Below are positions 17,497-26,513 of a DNA stretch of 64,000 bases, one piece after another. Position numbers and translations under genes: made by a program. Source of the stretch: an uncultured Azospirillaceae bacterium (GTDB taxonomy: Bacteria; Pseudomonadota; Alphaproteobacteria; Rickettsiales; UBA3002); NCBI GenBank assembly GCA_964564675.1, contig CAZMBI010000010.1, positions 7 to 64,006 of the forward strand, given 5' to 3'. How positions within the stretch are numbered: the stretch's first letter is position 1; each line of letters starts with the position of its first letter. The notes beneath the pieces are model-generated. The model searched no databases. It saw only the letters and a program-made list of their open reading frames with translations, and was not told the DNA's origin.

Positions 17497-20400
17497 ATGA
17501 ACCGTAATCAGCTTGCTTCCTATCTTACCGAACACGGCTTTTACGATCCCGCACACGAGCATGATGCCTGCGGTGTCGGGCTGGTCGCGGCGATCGACGG
17601 CACGCCGCGCCGCGAGATCGTGACGCTGGCCTGTGATGCGCTCAAGGCCGTCTGGCACCGTGGTGCGGTCGATGCGGATGGCAAAACCGGCGACGGCGCG
17701 GGCATCCATCTGCAGATACCGCCCCGCTTTTTCCGCGACCTGGCGAAACAGATGAAACGCCCGGTGCCCGCAGACGCGCCGCTGGCTGTCGGCATGCTGT
17801 TTTTACCGAAAAAGGATCTGCGTGCGCAAGAACAATGCCGCGCGCTGATTGAAAGCGAAATCCAGCGGCTGGGGCATCGTATCATCGGCTGGCGACAAGT
17901 GCCGATTGACCCCGGTGTCATCGGGGAGATCGCCAACGACACCCGCCCGGAAATTGAGCAGATATTAGTGGCAGCTTCGCCGGTGCAAAGCATACCTCTC
18001 CCAATGGAAGAGGTCGAAGTCGCGTCAGCAGCTTCAGGAGCGGGTAAAATTAATGTCTGTGACACCTTCGAGCGGGATCTTTACGTCATCCGCCGGCGGA
18101 TCGAGAAAGCGTTTGCCGAGGCTGGCATCACCCAGGCCTATATCACCTCGCTGTCCTGCCGGCATATTGTCTATAAGGGGCTGTTCAAAGCCGAACAACT
18201 GACCGCCTTTTACCCCGACCTGCTCGATAGCCGTTTTACCTCCGGCTATGCCATTTTTCACCAGCGCTTTTCGACCAATACCGATCCCAGCTGGGCGCTG
18301 GCACAGCCATTCCGCACCCTAGCCCATAACGGCGAAATCAATACGCTTAAAGGCAATATCAATGTCATGCGCAGCCATGAAGCGACCATGCACTGCGAGT
18401 TGTTGGACAAGTATCTGGATGATATCCGCCCGATTATTCCCAACCACGCCTCCGACACCGCCGCCTTAGATGCCGTGATGGAGCTGTTGGTTCGCGCCGG
18501 ACACGACGCACCGCTGGCCAAGCAGATTCTTATCCCGCCGGCCTGGAGCATGGCCGCCCATATCCCGCCGGCGCATCAGGATATGTTCAACTGCCTCAAT
18601 ACGATCTGCGAACCGTGGGACGGCCCGGCGGCGATTGCCGCCACCGACGGTCGCTGGGTCATCGCCGGGATGGACCGCGGCGGCTTGCGCCCCATGCGCT
18701 ATGCCCTGACTGAAGACGGCCTTCTGCTGATGGGCTCGGAAACCGGGATGGTGCCGATGGAAGAATCGCAGGTCATGGAAAAAGGCAAGCTCGGGCCGGG
18801 GGAATGTATCGGCATCGATTTGCTGCGCGGTGCGCTGTACAAAGACCGCGAACTCAAGGACCATCTCGCCGCCCAGCACCCCTATAGCGACTGGGTGAAG
18901 CAGATTAAGGTGATGAACTATAATCACCCTCTGCCCACCCGTCTCCCTAGAGGGAGAGGGAGCCCCTTAGCGGATGGGAATATGCGTCCCCTCCCCCTTC
19001 AGGGGGAGGGACAGGGAGGGGGCAACTCCCCGGAGTGGTTACGCGCCCACCAGCTTGCCGTCGGCCTCACCTTCGAAGACATCGAGACCATCCTCCACCC
19101 GATGGCGGCCGAAGGCAAGGAAGCCGTCGGTTCGATGGGTGACGACACGCCGCTGGCCATGCTTTCGGACAAACCGCGCGGGTTTCATCATTTCTTCCGC
19201 CAGAATTTTTCGCAGGTTACCAATCCGCCGCTCGATTCGCTGCGTGAGCGCCGGGTGATGAGCCTTAATACGCGCTTTGGCAATGACGGTAACTTCCTGT
19301 CACTGAGCAATTCCTATCAAGATTCCATCCTGCTGGAATCACCGGTGCTGCTGCGCCATGAAATGGAGGCGCTGCAGCGTCGTTTTGCCGATAAGATCAC
19401 CGTGATTAATACCTTGTTCGATGTGCCTCAAAACAACCTCCCCCCGTTTACGGGGGGAGACAGGAGGGGGGCAGCCAAACACTCTGAGCCAGAATCCACC
19501 CCCACCCTGCCCTCCCCCATAAATGGGGGAGGGTTGGGGGCATATGAATCGGAAAAAATAAACGCCCTGCGCCGCGGGCTGGACCGTATCATCGCCGAAG
19601 CCGAGGCCGCGGTTGAGGCCGAACGGCCCTATCTGCTGCTCACCGATAGCGGGCGCAGCCGCGAGTGTGCGGCGATCCCGATGATTCTGGCTACCGCCGC
19701 CATTAATACACATCTGGTGAAGCGGAAAATGCGCAAGCGCGCCTCGTTGTTGGTGTGTTCGTCGGAATGCTGCGACGTGCATTATCTGGCGGTGCTGATC
19801 GGGGTGGGCGCCACAGTGGTGCAGCCCTGGCTGGCTGAAGCGACCATCCGTGAGCGCTACGATCAGGGATTGTGCAGTCCCTCCGTCCTCCCACTCAAAG
19901 GCGCAGACCGAAAAGACTCAGGCGAGCGGGCGGGGGTTGATGAGACGCTACTCGCCCTAAAAACCGCCATGGAGCAGGGCCTGCTCAAAATCATGTCCAA
20001 AATGGGCATCTCGGTGGTCAGTTCCTATCGCAACGGCTATAATTTCGAGGCCATCGGCCTGTCGCGCGCGCTGGTTTCGGAATTTTTCCCCGATCTGCCC
20101 TCCCGCTTGTCGGGCATCGGCATGGCCGGCATCGAGCGCCGGGTGCTGGCATTACATAGCAAAGCGTATGGGGCGACCTCCACCGCTCGCCCCGCATCGC
20201 TGACGCCGCTGCCCATCGGCGGATTCTATAAATACCGCACGAGCGGCGAGCGCCACGCTTTCGGCGGCGAACCGGTTCACCTCCTGCAAAGCGCCGTCGG
20301 CGAGGATTCTTATGAACTCTACCGGAAATATGCGGCGATGGTCAACGAGCAGCCGCCGGTGGCATTGCGCCAGCTGCTTGACTTCGCCTCCGACCGCGCG

Positions 20401-22374
20401 CCCATCGATCGCTCGCAGGTGGAATCGATTACCGATATCCGTAAGCGTTTCGTGGCGCCCGCCATGTCACTGGGCGCGCTCAGTCCGGAGGCGCATGAAA
20501 CGCTTGCCATAGCCATGAACCGCATGGGCGGCATGAGTAATTCCGGTGAGGGCGGCGAAGGGCCGGAGCGCTTCACGCCGAGGACAGGCGGCGATAACGC
20601 CAATTCCGTTGTCAAACAGGTGGCCTCGGCGCGCTTCGGCGTCACCGCCTCCTACCTGAACCATGCCGAGGAGCTGCAGATCAAAATCGCGCAAGGCGCC
20701 AAGCCCGGGGAAGGCGGTCAGCTGCCGGGCTTCAAGGTGACCGCTGAAATCGCCCGCCTGCGCCATGCCACCCCCGGTGTCACGCTGATTTCCCCGCCGC
20801 CGCATCACGACATCTACTCCATCGAGGATCTCGCCCAGCTGATCTATGATTTAAAACAAATCAACCCGCACGCGCGGGTTTCGGTGAAGCTCGTCTCGCA
20901 GGCCGGTATCGGCACGATCGCCAGCGGCGTGGCCAAGGCCATGGCCGACAAGATCGTCATCGCCGGACACTCCGGCGGCACAGGGGCCAGCCCCTATTCG
21001 AGCATTAAATTCGCCGGCAGCCCGTGGGAGATGGGCCTGGCCGAGGCCAATCAGGTGCTCACGCTCAACCGCCTGCGCCATCGCGTGCGCCTGCAGACCG
21101 ATGGCGGCCTGAAGACCGGTCGCGATATCGTGATGGCCGCCATGCTCGGCGCCGAGGAATATGCCATTGGCACGGCCTCGCTGGTGGCGATGGGGTGCAT
21201 TCTGGTGCGTCAGTGCCATTCCAACACCTGCCCCGTAGGCATCTGCACCCAGGATGAAACGCTGCGCGCCAAGTTTGAAGGCACGGTGGAAAAAGTGGTG
21301 AATCTGTTCAGCTTTATCGCCGAGGATATTCGCGAGATTCTGGCGCGGCTCGGTTACACCCGGCTGGATGACGTGATCGGCCGCACCGATTTGCTCACTC
21401 AGATTGATCATGGCGGGCCGGATCTGGTGGATCTCGATTTGAATCCCCTGCTGGCGCGCGCCGATAACGGGTTTCAGCCCCGGATCTGTCAATTATCCAC
21501 CTCCCCTGTGAAGGCAGAGGATTTGGCATGGCGCAACGCGGTCGCCCCGTCGCTGGATGAACAGATGCTGGCCGATGCCCGGGAGAGTATTCTGGCAGGC
21601 AAAAAGGTCCAGCTGGCCTACAGCGTGCGCAATACGCACCGTTCGATCGGCGCGCGCTTAAGCTCGCTGCTGGTCCGCCATCTGGACACGCAACCTCTCG
21701 CCGACGGGCATATCACCATCCGCCTGCGCGGCTCGGCCGGTCAGTCGCTGGGCTGTTTTCTGGCGCGCGGCATCACTCTTGAGGTGCTGGGCGATGCCAA
21801 TGATTATGTTGGCAAGGGCTTATCCGGCGGCATCATCACGCTGCGCCCGCGCCCTTCCTCCCGCCTGGTGCCGCATGACAACAGCATCATCGGCAACACC
21901 GTGCTGTATGGCGCTACCGAAGGGGAGCTATTCGCCGCAGGACGCGCCGGCGAACGCTTTGCCGTGCGCAATTCCGGCGCTGAGGCGGTGGTCGAAGGCT
22001 GCGGCGCGCACGGTTGCGAGTATATGACCGGCGGCACGGCGGTGATTCTGGGGCCTGTGGGGGATAATTTTGCTGCAGGTATGACCGGCGGCATGGCCTT
22101 CGTCTATGATGAACAGGCCGCCTTTCAGGCCTGTTTGAACGGGGATTGCGTGATCGCCGAGCGCATCCGCTCGCCTCACTGGGAAGCGGTGCTGCACGCG
22201 CTGATCCGACGCCACGCCGCTGTGACGGAATCGCCACGCGCGCGGGAAATTCTGAATAACTGGGAGCATGCGCGCCCCCTGTTCTGGCAGGTGGTGCCCA
22301 AAGAAATGATTGCGAGGCTCGCGCATCCTTTGGTAGAAGACAGAGATCAGGCAGCAGGCATCGGGCATCAGTAA
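17497..22374 (+). CDS. gltB: Glutamate synthase large subunit, with repeat-derived insertions
   Basis: HDA|CGVG, HQRFSTNT, AHNGEINT, EPWDGPA, QGAKPGEGGQL, C..RQCHSNTCPVG, GXGXG domain. Confidence 0.98.
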   Translation: MNRNQLASYLTEHGFYDPAHEHDACGVGLVAAIDGTPRREIVTLACDALKAVWHRGAVDADGKTGDGAGIHLQIPPRFFRDLAKQMKRPVPADAPLAVGMLFLPKKDLRAQEQCRALIESEIQRLGHRIIGWRQVPIDPGVIGEIANDTRPEIEQILVAASPVQSIPLPMEEVEVASAASGAGKINVCDTFERDLYVIRRRIEKAFAEAGITQAYITSLSCRHIVYKGLFKAEQLTAFYPDLLDSRFTSGYAIFHQRFSTNTDPSWALAQPFRTLAHNGEINTLKGNINVMRSHEATMHCELLDKYLDDIRPIIPNHASDTAALDAVMELLVRAGHDAPLAKQILIPPAWSMAAHIPPAHQDMFNCLNTICEPWDGPAAIAATDGRWVIAGMDRGGLRPMRYALTEDGLLLMGSETGMVPMEESQVMEKGKLGPGECIGIDLLRGALYKDRELKDHLAAQHPYSDWVKQIKVMNYNHPLPTRLPRGRGSPLADGNMRPLPLQGEGQGGGNSPEWLRAHQLAVGLTFEDIETILHPMAAEGKEAVGSMGDDTPLAMLSDKPRGFHHFFRQNFSQVTNPPLDSLRERRVMSLNTRFGNDGNFLSLSNSYQDSILLESPVLLRHEMEALQRRFADKITVINTLFDVPQNNLPPFTGGDRRGAAKHSEPESTPTLPSPINGGGLGAYESEKINALRRGLDRIIAEAEAAVEAERPYLLLTDSGRSRECAAIPMILATAAINTHLVKRKMRKRASLLVCSSECCDVHYLAVLIGVGATVVQPWLAEATIRERYDQGLCSPSVLPLKGADRKDSGERAGVDETLLALKTAMEQGLLKIMSKMGISVVSSYRNGYNFEAIGLSRALVSEFFPDLPSRLSGIGMAGIERRVLALHSKAYGATSTARPASLTPLPIGGFYKYRTSGERHAFGGEPVHLLQSAVGEDSYELYRKYAAMVNEQPPVALRQLLDFASDRAPIDRSQVESITDIRKRFVAPAMSLGALSPEAHETLAIAMNRMGGMSNSGEGGEGPERFTPRTGGDNANSVVKQVASARFGVTASYLNHAEELQIKIAQGAKPGEGGQLPGFKVTAEIARLRHATPGVTLISPPPHHDIYSIEDLAQLIYDLKQINPHARVSVKLVSQAGIGTIASGVAKAMADKIVIAGHSGGTGASPYSSIKFAGSPWEMGLAEANQVLTLNRLRHRVRLQTDGGLKTGRDIVMAAMLGAEEYAIGTASLVAMGCILVRQCHSNTCPVGICTQDETLRAKFEGTVEKVVNLFSFIAEDIREILARLGYTRLDDVIGRTDLLTQIDHGGPDLVDLDLNPLLARADNGFQPRICQLSTSPVKAEDLAWRNAVAPSLDEQMLADARESILAGKKVQLAYSVRNTHRSIGARLSSLLVRHLDTQPLADGHITIRLRGSAGQSLGCFLARGITLEVLGDANDYVGKGLSGGIITLRPRPSSRLVPHDNSIIGNTVLYGATEGELFAAGRAGERFAVRNSGAEAVVEGCGAHGCEYMTGGTAVILGPVGDNFAAGMTGGMAFVYDEQAAFQACLNGDCVIAERIRSPHWEAVLHALIRRHAAVTESPRAREILNNWEHARPLFWQVVPKEMIARLAHPLVEDRDQAAGIGHQ
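17995..18045. repeat. REP-like palindrome in frame within gltB (copy 1)
   Basis: CCTCTCCC-AAT-GGAAGAGG followed by a second imperfect hairpin GAAGT..AGCTTC and GAGCGGGT. Confidence 0.65.
18925..19023. repeat. Paired REP-like hairpins in frame within gltB (copy 2)
   Basis: TCTCCCT-AG-AGGGAGA (18942-18957) and CCCTCCCCCT-TC-AGGGGGAGGG (18989-19010). Confidence 0.85.
19438..19540. repeat. Inverted pair of REP-like hairpins in frame within gltB (copy 3)
   Basis: CTCCCCCCGT-TT-ACGGGGGGAG (19438-19459) and CCCTCCCCCAT-AA-ATGGGGGAGGG (19510-19533). Confidence 0.88.
19878..19938. repeat. Highly degenerate REP-like insertion within gltB (copy 4)
   Basis: C-rich start and G-rich end; extra peptide SPSVLPLKGADRKDSGERAGV. 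Confidence 0.45.
21497..21522. repeat. Degenerate hairpin within gltB (copy 5)
   Basis: CCACCTCCCCTGTGAAGGCAGAGGAT (STSPVKAED). Confidence 0.45.
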
Positions 22375-22440
22375 CGTGCTTGCCTGCTGATGCCTGACAA
22401 CTGATGCCTGATGCCTGACAACTGATGCCTGATGCCTGAC
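22344..22440. repeat. Inverted heptamer tandem array
   Basis: About 4 GCATCAG-like units (22344-22371) facing about 8 CTGATGC/CTGACAA units (22387-22440). Confidence 0.9.
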
Positions 22441-23109
22441 ATGCTCACCCTCTACCATACGCCCTTGTCTCCCGCCTGCCGTAAAGTCCGCGTGATGCTG
22501 CGCGAAAAGGAAATTGACTTTAATCTCGTGGAAGAGCCCTTCTGGCAACGCAATATTGAATTTTTCAAACTCAACCCGGCCGGCGACGTGCCGGTGCTGA
22601 TCGCCGAAAAAGGGCTGGTGCTGTGCGGTGGCTATGCCATCAGCGAGTATCTGGAGGAAGCCTACCCGGAAGTACAGTTTTTCGGCAATTCACTCGAGGA
22701 AAAAGCCGAGGTGCGGCGGTTGGTTGAATGGTTCGACGCCAAGTTCGAGCACGAAGTTACCCACAATATTTTGTTTGAAAAAGTCTTTAAACGGCTGATG
22801 GGGTATGGCGAGCCCAGTTCCGAGGCCCTGCGCGCGGGCAAGAAAAACCTGGCCTATCATCTCGATTATATTGCTTTTTTGCTGCAGCAACGCAACTGGC
22901 TGGCGGGAGATTACCTCACCCTGGCCGATATCACCGCCGCGGCGCACCTGTCGAGCCTGGATTATCTCGGCGATGTCGCGTGGGAGCATCAGTCCGCCAC
23001 CCGCGAATGGTATGCGCTGATTAAATCGCGCCCCGCTTTCCGCGCCATTTTAGACGACCGTGTCACCGGCTTCCGCCCGCCCCCGCACTATGTGAATCCT
23101 GATTTTTAA
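22441..23109 (+). CDS. fzlA: GST-fold FtsZ-binding protein FzlA-like
   Basis: LYHTPLSPACRKVR, LNPAGDVPVL, ADITAAAHLSSLDY, KSRPAFR, C-terminal PPHYVNPDF tail. Confidence 0.75.
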   Translation: MLTLYHTPLSPACRKVRVMLREKEIDFNLVEEPFWQRNIEFFKLNPAGDVPVLIAEKGLVLCGGYAISEYLEEAYPEVQFFGNSLEEKAEVRRLVEWFDAKFEHEVTHNILFEKVFKRLMGYGEPSSEALRAGKKNLAYHLDYIAFLLQQRNWLAGDYLTLADITAAAHLSSLDYLGDVAWEHQSATREWYALIKSRPAFRAILDDRVTGFRPPPHYVNPDF

Positions 23110-24065
23110 GCCTGTGCTGCCCGCCGCAGGCGGTCATTGATCGCCACGCCCAGCCCCTCATGCGGGATCGGCATCACCGCAATCGCCTGACAATTGGATT
23201 GATCAAGCGCGCGCATGGCGGCAAACAGATTGGCCGCCGCCTCGCGCATATTGCCCGTTTCACTGAGATTGACCATATGGGCAGCCCCCGCGGGCGGGTG
23301 CGGCCCGAACGCCAGCAGGGCCTCGCCCGGCGCGACGCTTCGCGCCTCCAGGCGCAGCGGCAGCTGCGGCGCGTAATGCCTGAGCATCTGGCCCGGCGAA
23401 CGCGGCTGCGTTTCATCATGAACACCCCCACCAGGCGCCACACTGACGCCGGCAGCCCGCAGCGCGCCCACGGTTATGCTGCCGGGCCGCAAGATCACCG
23501 CCCGCTCGCCCGTGCAGTCAATCACGGTGGACTCGATCCCCTCTTCGGTTGGACCGCCGTCAAACACCGGCAGGTCAGGGAATTCCTCGCGCACATGCGC
23601 GGCGCAGGTCGGGCTGATCCGCCCTGAGCGATTGGCGCTGGGCGCGGACAACCCGCCGTCAAACGCCCGGATAATCGCTTGTGCGAGGGCGTGTCGTGGG
23701 GCGCGGATCGCTGCCGTATCCCCCCCGGCGGAAACCAGCAGCGACAGTGGCGAGTCGGCGCGCCTTGGCAGAACCAGTGTCAGCGGCCCCGGCCAGAAGG
23801 CAGCGGCCAGGCGCTCGGCCAAGATGTTCCATGCCACATAACGCTGCGCCATGGCAGCATCGGCGACATGGCTAATCAGCGGATTGAAGGCCGGGCGCTG
23901 CTTGCGCTCAAAAATCGCCGCCACCGCCCGATCATCGCTGGCATCCGCTGCCAGCCCATAGACGGTTTCGGTGGGCAACCCGATCAGCGCACCCGCCCGC
24001 AGATGCGCCACAGCTTCGGCGGACAAATGAGATGTGGATAGCGGACTGTTGCGATTTGACAACAT
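23106..24065 (-). CDS. tsaC: L-threonylcarbamoyladenylate synthase (Sua5 type)
   Basis: PTETVYGL, K.RP.FNPLISH, FWPGPLT, APSANRSG, SPGQMLRHYAP, AINDRLRRAA. Confidence 0.95.
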   Translation of the reverse strand: MLSNRNSPLSTSHLSAEAVAHLRAGALIGLPTETVYGLAADASDDRAVAAIFERKQRPAFNPLISHVADAAMAQRYVAWNILAERLAAAFWPGPLTLVLPRRADSPLSLLVSAGGDTAAIRAPRHALAQAIIRAFDGGLSAPSANRSGRISPTCAAHVREEFPDLPVFDGGPTEEGIESTVIDCTGERAVILRPGSITVGALRAAGVSVAPGGGVHDETQPRSPGQMLRHYAPQLPLRLEARSVAPGEALLAFGPHPPAGAAHMVNLSETGNMREAAANLFAAMRALDQSNCQAIAVMPIPHEGLGVAINDRLRRAAQA

Positions 24066-24119
24066 ATAGTGTGAAACGATATAAAATAATCAAAATCTAG
24101 TATTTACTGTGAGGATCAT

Positions 24120-24782
24120 ATGGTTGCACACGTTATCGCCATCGCGCAACAAAAAGGTGGCGCCGGCAAAACCACACTGGCTGCGCATCTGGGCGTGGTG
24201 ATGAGTGAATATGGCCTGAAGGTCGCCATGGTCGATGTCGATCCGCAAGGCAGTCTCAGCCACTGGCATGAGATTCGCCAACGCCTCAACAACCCCGATT
24301 TAACGCCGGTGACTTTTGTCACCACCACCGGCACGGAGCTTGAAGGCGAAGTCCGCCGTCTCAAACGCACGCACGATATCATCGTTGTTGACAGCCCGCC
24401 GCATGCCGATACCGAGGCGCGTAATGCCATCCGCCTATCCAATCTGGTGGTCATCCCCATGCAGCCCAGCCCGCTGGATTTGTGGGCGACTCAGGCCACG
24501 CTAAAAATGGCGCGGCAAGCCGGTGCGTCCGTTAAAATGGTGCTCAACCGCGTCAATACCCAAGCCAAACTCTCGCAGAAAATGCGCGAGGAAATGAAAG
24601 ACCTTTCCTTATGCCTGTTCGGCAACCGTGTAGCCTTTGCCAGCGCGCTGATGGCCGGCAAGGGAATCAGCGAAGTCGCCCATGGCAGCGCCGCCAGCAA
24701 GGAAATTGAAGCGCTGGCCGATGATATTCTCGATTATTTCGGTTTTGAAGTCGTCGAAGAAGCGGTTGGCGCGGTCGCCTGA
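24120..24782 (+). CDS. Short ParA-family ATPase without adjacent ParB
   Basis: QQKGGAGKTT, DVDPQGS, VVDSPP, IPMQPSPLD. Confidence 0.88.
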   Translation: MVAHVIAIAQQKGGAGKTTLAAHLGVVMSEYGLKVAMVDVDPQGSLSHWHEIRQRLNNPDLTPVTFVTTTGTELEGEVRRLKRTHDIIVVDSPPHADTEARNAIRLSNLVVIPMQPSPLDLWATQATLKMARQAGASVKMVLNRVNTQAKLSQKMREEMKDLSLCLFGNRVAFASALMAGKGISEVAHGSAASKEIEALADDILDYFGFEVVEEAVGAVA

Positions 24783-24861
24783 GCACCGCCTGCGCATTGC
24801 CACCGACTTATGCTTGCATTTTGCCCGGAGATTCGCTAACCAATCCACCTGTTCAGGCCAA

Positions 24862-24936
24862 TCCCCGGTAGCTCAGCGGTAGAGCAATCGGCTGTTAACC
24901 GATCGGTCGCTGGTTCGAATCCGGCCCGGGGAGCCA
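24862..24936 (+). tRNA. tRNA-Asn(GTT)
   Basis: TCCCCGG/CCGGGGA acceptor stem, D-arm TAGCTCAGCGGTAGAGC, anticodon loop CTGTTAA, GGTTCGAATCC, encoded CCA. Confidence 0.97.
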
Positions 24937-24989
24937 TTCTTTTCAGATTATGCTTAGCAGCAAATGCGCACCTATTGCGTAGCCACGCA

Positions 24990-26378
24990 TCAGGCGTCTT
25001 CCGCCAGGCGAAGGGCTTTCACATCCCCTGCTTCGGCATCAGAGACGGGCTCGCCGCCATCATCATCGGCTTCCAACTGCAATAATTCATCGTGGCGGTA
25101 GACATCATAGACGCGGATGGCTTTGGGCAAGGCGCGGTTGGAATCGGACTGCACGCCGAGCTGTTCGAGCTTGCGCAATTTGGGCAGCACGCGCGTATTC
25201 AGCGACTTGCCGAAATCGCGGAATTTCTCAGCCGATTGCTGAATCCCCTTGCCCACCGCGTCTACATGACCGAGCGTGGTGGCCAGCGAGCCCATCAGCC
25301 TGCTAACCTCAGCGATGATACGCTCCTGATTCTCATCCTGCTTGGCCTCGGCAATCTGCTGGCGCGACAGCGAGAGAATCGCCGCCAGGCTCGCCGGTCC
25401 CGATAAAATAATGTCGGCGCGCTCGCATTTGGTGCGAATCGACGGGTCGGCACGGTGCAGCCGTTCAATCATCGCCTCGGAAGGCACATACATCACCATC
25501 AACCGCCGCCCGAGCGTGCGGTTGTTTTCCTTAAGCGCCTTAGCCACTGCATCGCGATAGGCTTTCTGCGACAGCTTATCGATATGCTGATGGGCGCTGG
25601 CCACCAGTTTCTTAAGCACCGCCTCTTCCGATTCGCTGCCTTCGGCTTCGACCAGTTCCATCAAAAATTTCGAGGCCTTGGCATCGATCACCACAACCAT
25701 ATCCTGCGACAGGAAAATCACCGCATCCGGGCGCAGATTACCCTCACCCTCACGCGCGATGTGATATTGCAGCATATAATCGCGGCCCGGCTCCAGCCCG
25801 AGCTGTTTCAGCGCATTTTCCAGGCCCGCCTCGGCCATCTGCCCCGCCCCGCCGGGATGGGTCAGCGCGCGCATCACCGTTTCCATCTGTTTGCTGTTAT
25901 CACTCGCTCTGGATTGAATCGCCGCCACCGACTGGCTGAGCTGCTCTACGTGTTTGAGCACTTCCTTGGTAGTTTTTTGCGCCATCTGCTCGTGCTGCTC
26001 GCGCGCCACCTTGGTTTCGCGCTGATGATCCTCCAGCAGTTTGGATGAGACCGTATGGCCAATTTCCATCACCGAGGAAACGGCTGCTTTCTTAAACTCT
26101 TCGGCATCGCGGATACGCTGGTCCATATCGGCCAGTCGCTGCTGGGCGATGGTGGCTTCCTTGTCGGCGGTCTGGCGTTTTTCCGTTTCCACCTCCAGCG
26201 CCGTGCGCAGGCGATCAAGCTCTTCGCGGCGGTGGGCGTCCACCACGCGCTCCTGCTCGAGCTGAGCGACGCGGGCGCGCGCTTTGGCGGCAGCGCGCCA
26301 CTGCCACCAGGCAATCAGCATAAAAACAAGCGCCGCGGCGGCGGTCAGAATGAACAAGTTGTCAGTATTTGGTTGCAT
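24990..26378 (-). CDS. rmuC: RmuC family protein
   Basis: N-terminal TM, coiled coil, G..AE..LE, LRPDAVI, IDAKA, HI..LS.K.Y, MYVPSE. Confidence 0.88.
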   Translation of the reverse strand: MQPNTDNLFILTAAAALVFMLIAWWQWRAAAKARARVAQLEQERVVDAHRREELDRLRTALEVETEKRQTADKEATIAQQRLADMDQRIRDAEEFKKAAVSSVMEIGHTVSSKLLEDHQRETKVAREQHEQMAQKTTKEVLKHVEQLSQSVAAIQSRASDNSKQMETVMRALTHPGGAGQMAEAGLENALKQLGLEPGRDYMLQYHIAREGEGNLRPDAVIFLSQDMVVVIDAKASKFLMELVEAEGSESEEAVLKKLVASAHQHIDKLSQKAYRDAVAKALKENNRTLGRRLMVMYVPSEAMIERLHRADPSIRTKCERADIILSGPASLAAILSLSRQQIAEAKQDENQERIIAEVSRLMGSLATTLGHVDAVGKGIQQSAEKFRDFGKSLNTRVLPKLRKLEQLGVQSDSNRALPKAIRVYDVYRHDELLQLEADDDGGEPVSDAEAGDVKALRLAEDA

Positions 26379-26513
26379 AAGCCGTTCACTAATGGCTAAT
26401 CAATAGCCGATGATTAAAAAAACGCGTGCCGGCAGGCATCGGCAAGGATGCGTCGGATTATCGCCGGTGTCATCATAGCATTAACCGCGCAATAGTGAAT
26501 ACCGAATACTGAT

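Noticed and set aside
17497..22374. Inteins or introns as the cause of the GltB insertions
   Set aside because: Inserts are only about 10-35 aa, lack C/S...HN splice motifs and coincide with DNA palindromes.
22344..22440. Possible CRISPR array
   Set aside because: Units are 7-nt tandem repeats without unique spacers, and there are no cas genes in the window.
24862..24990. tRNA-Asn as an integration site
   Set aside because: No integrase and no duplicated tRNA 3' end seen; flanking genes look chromosomal.
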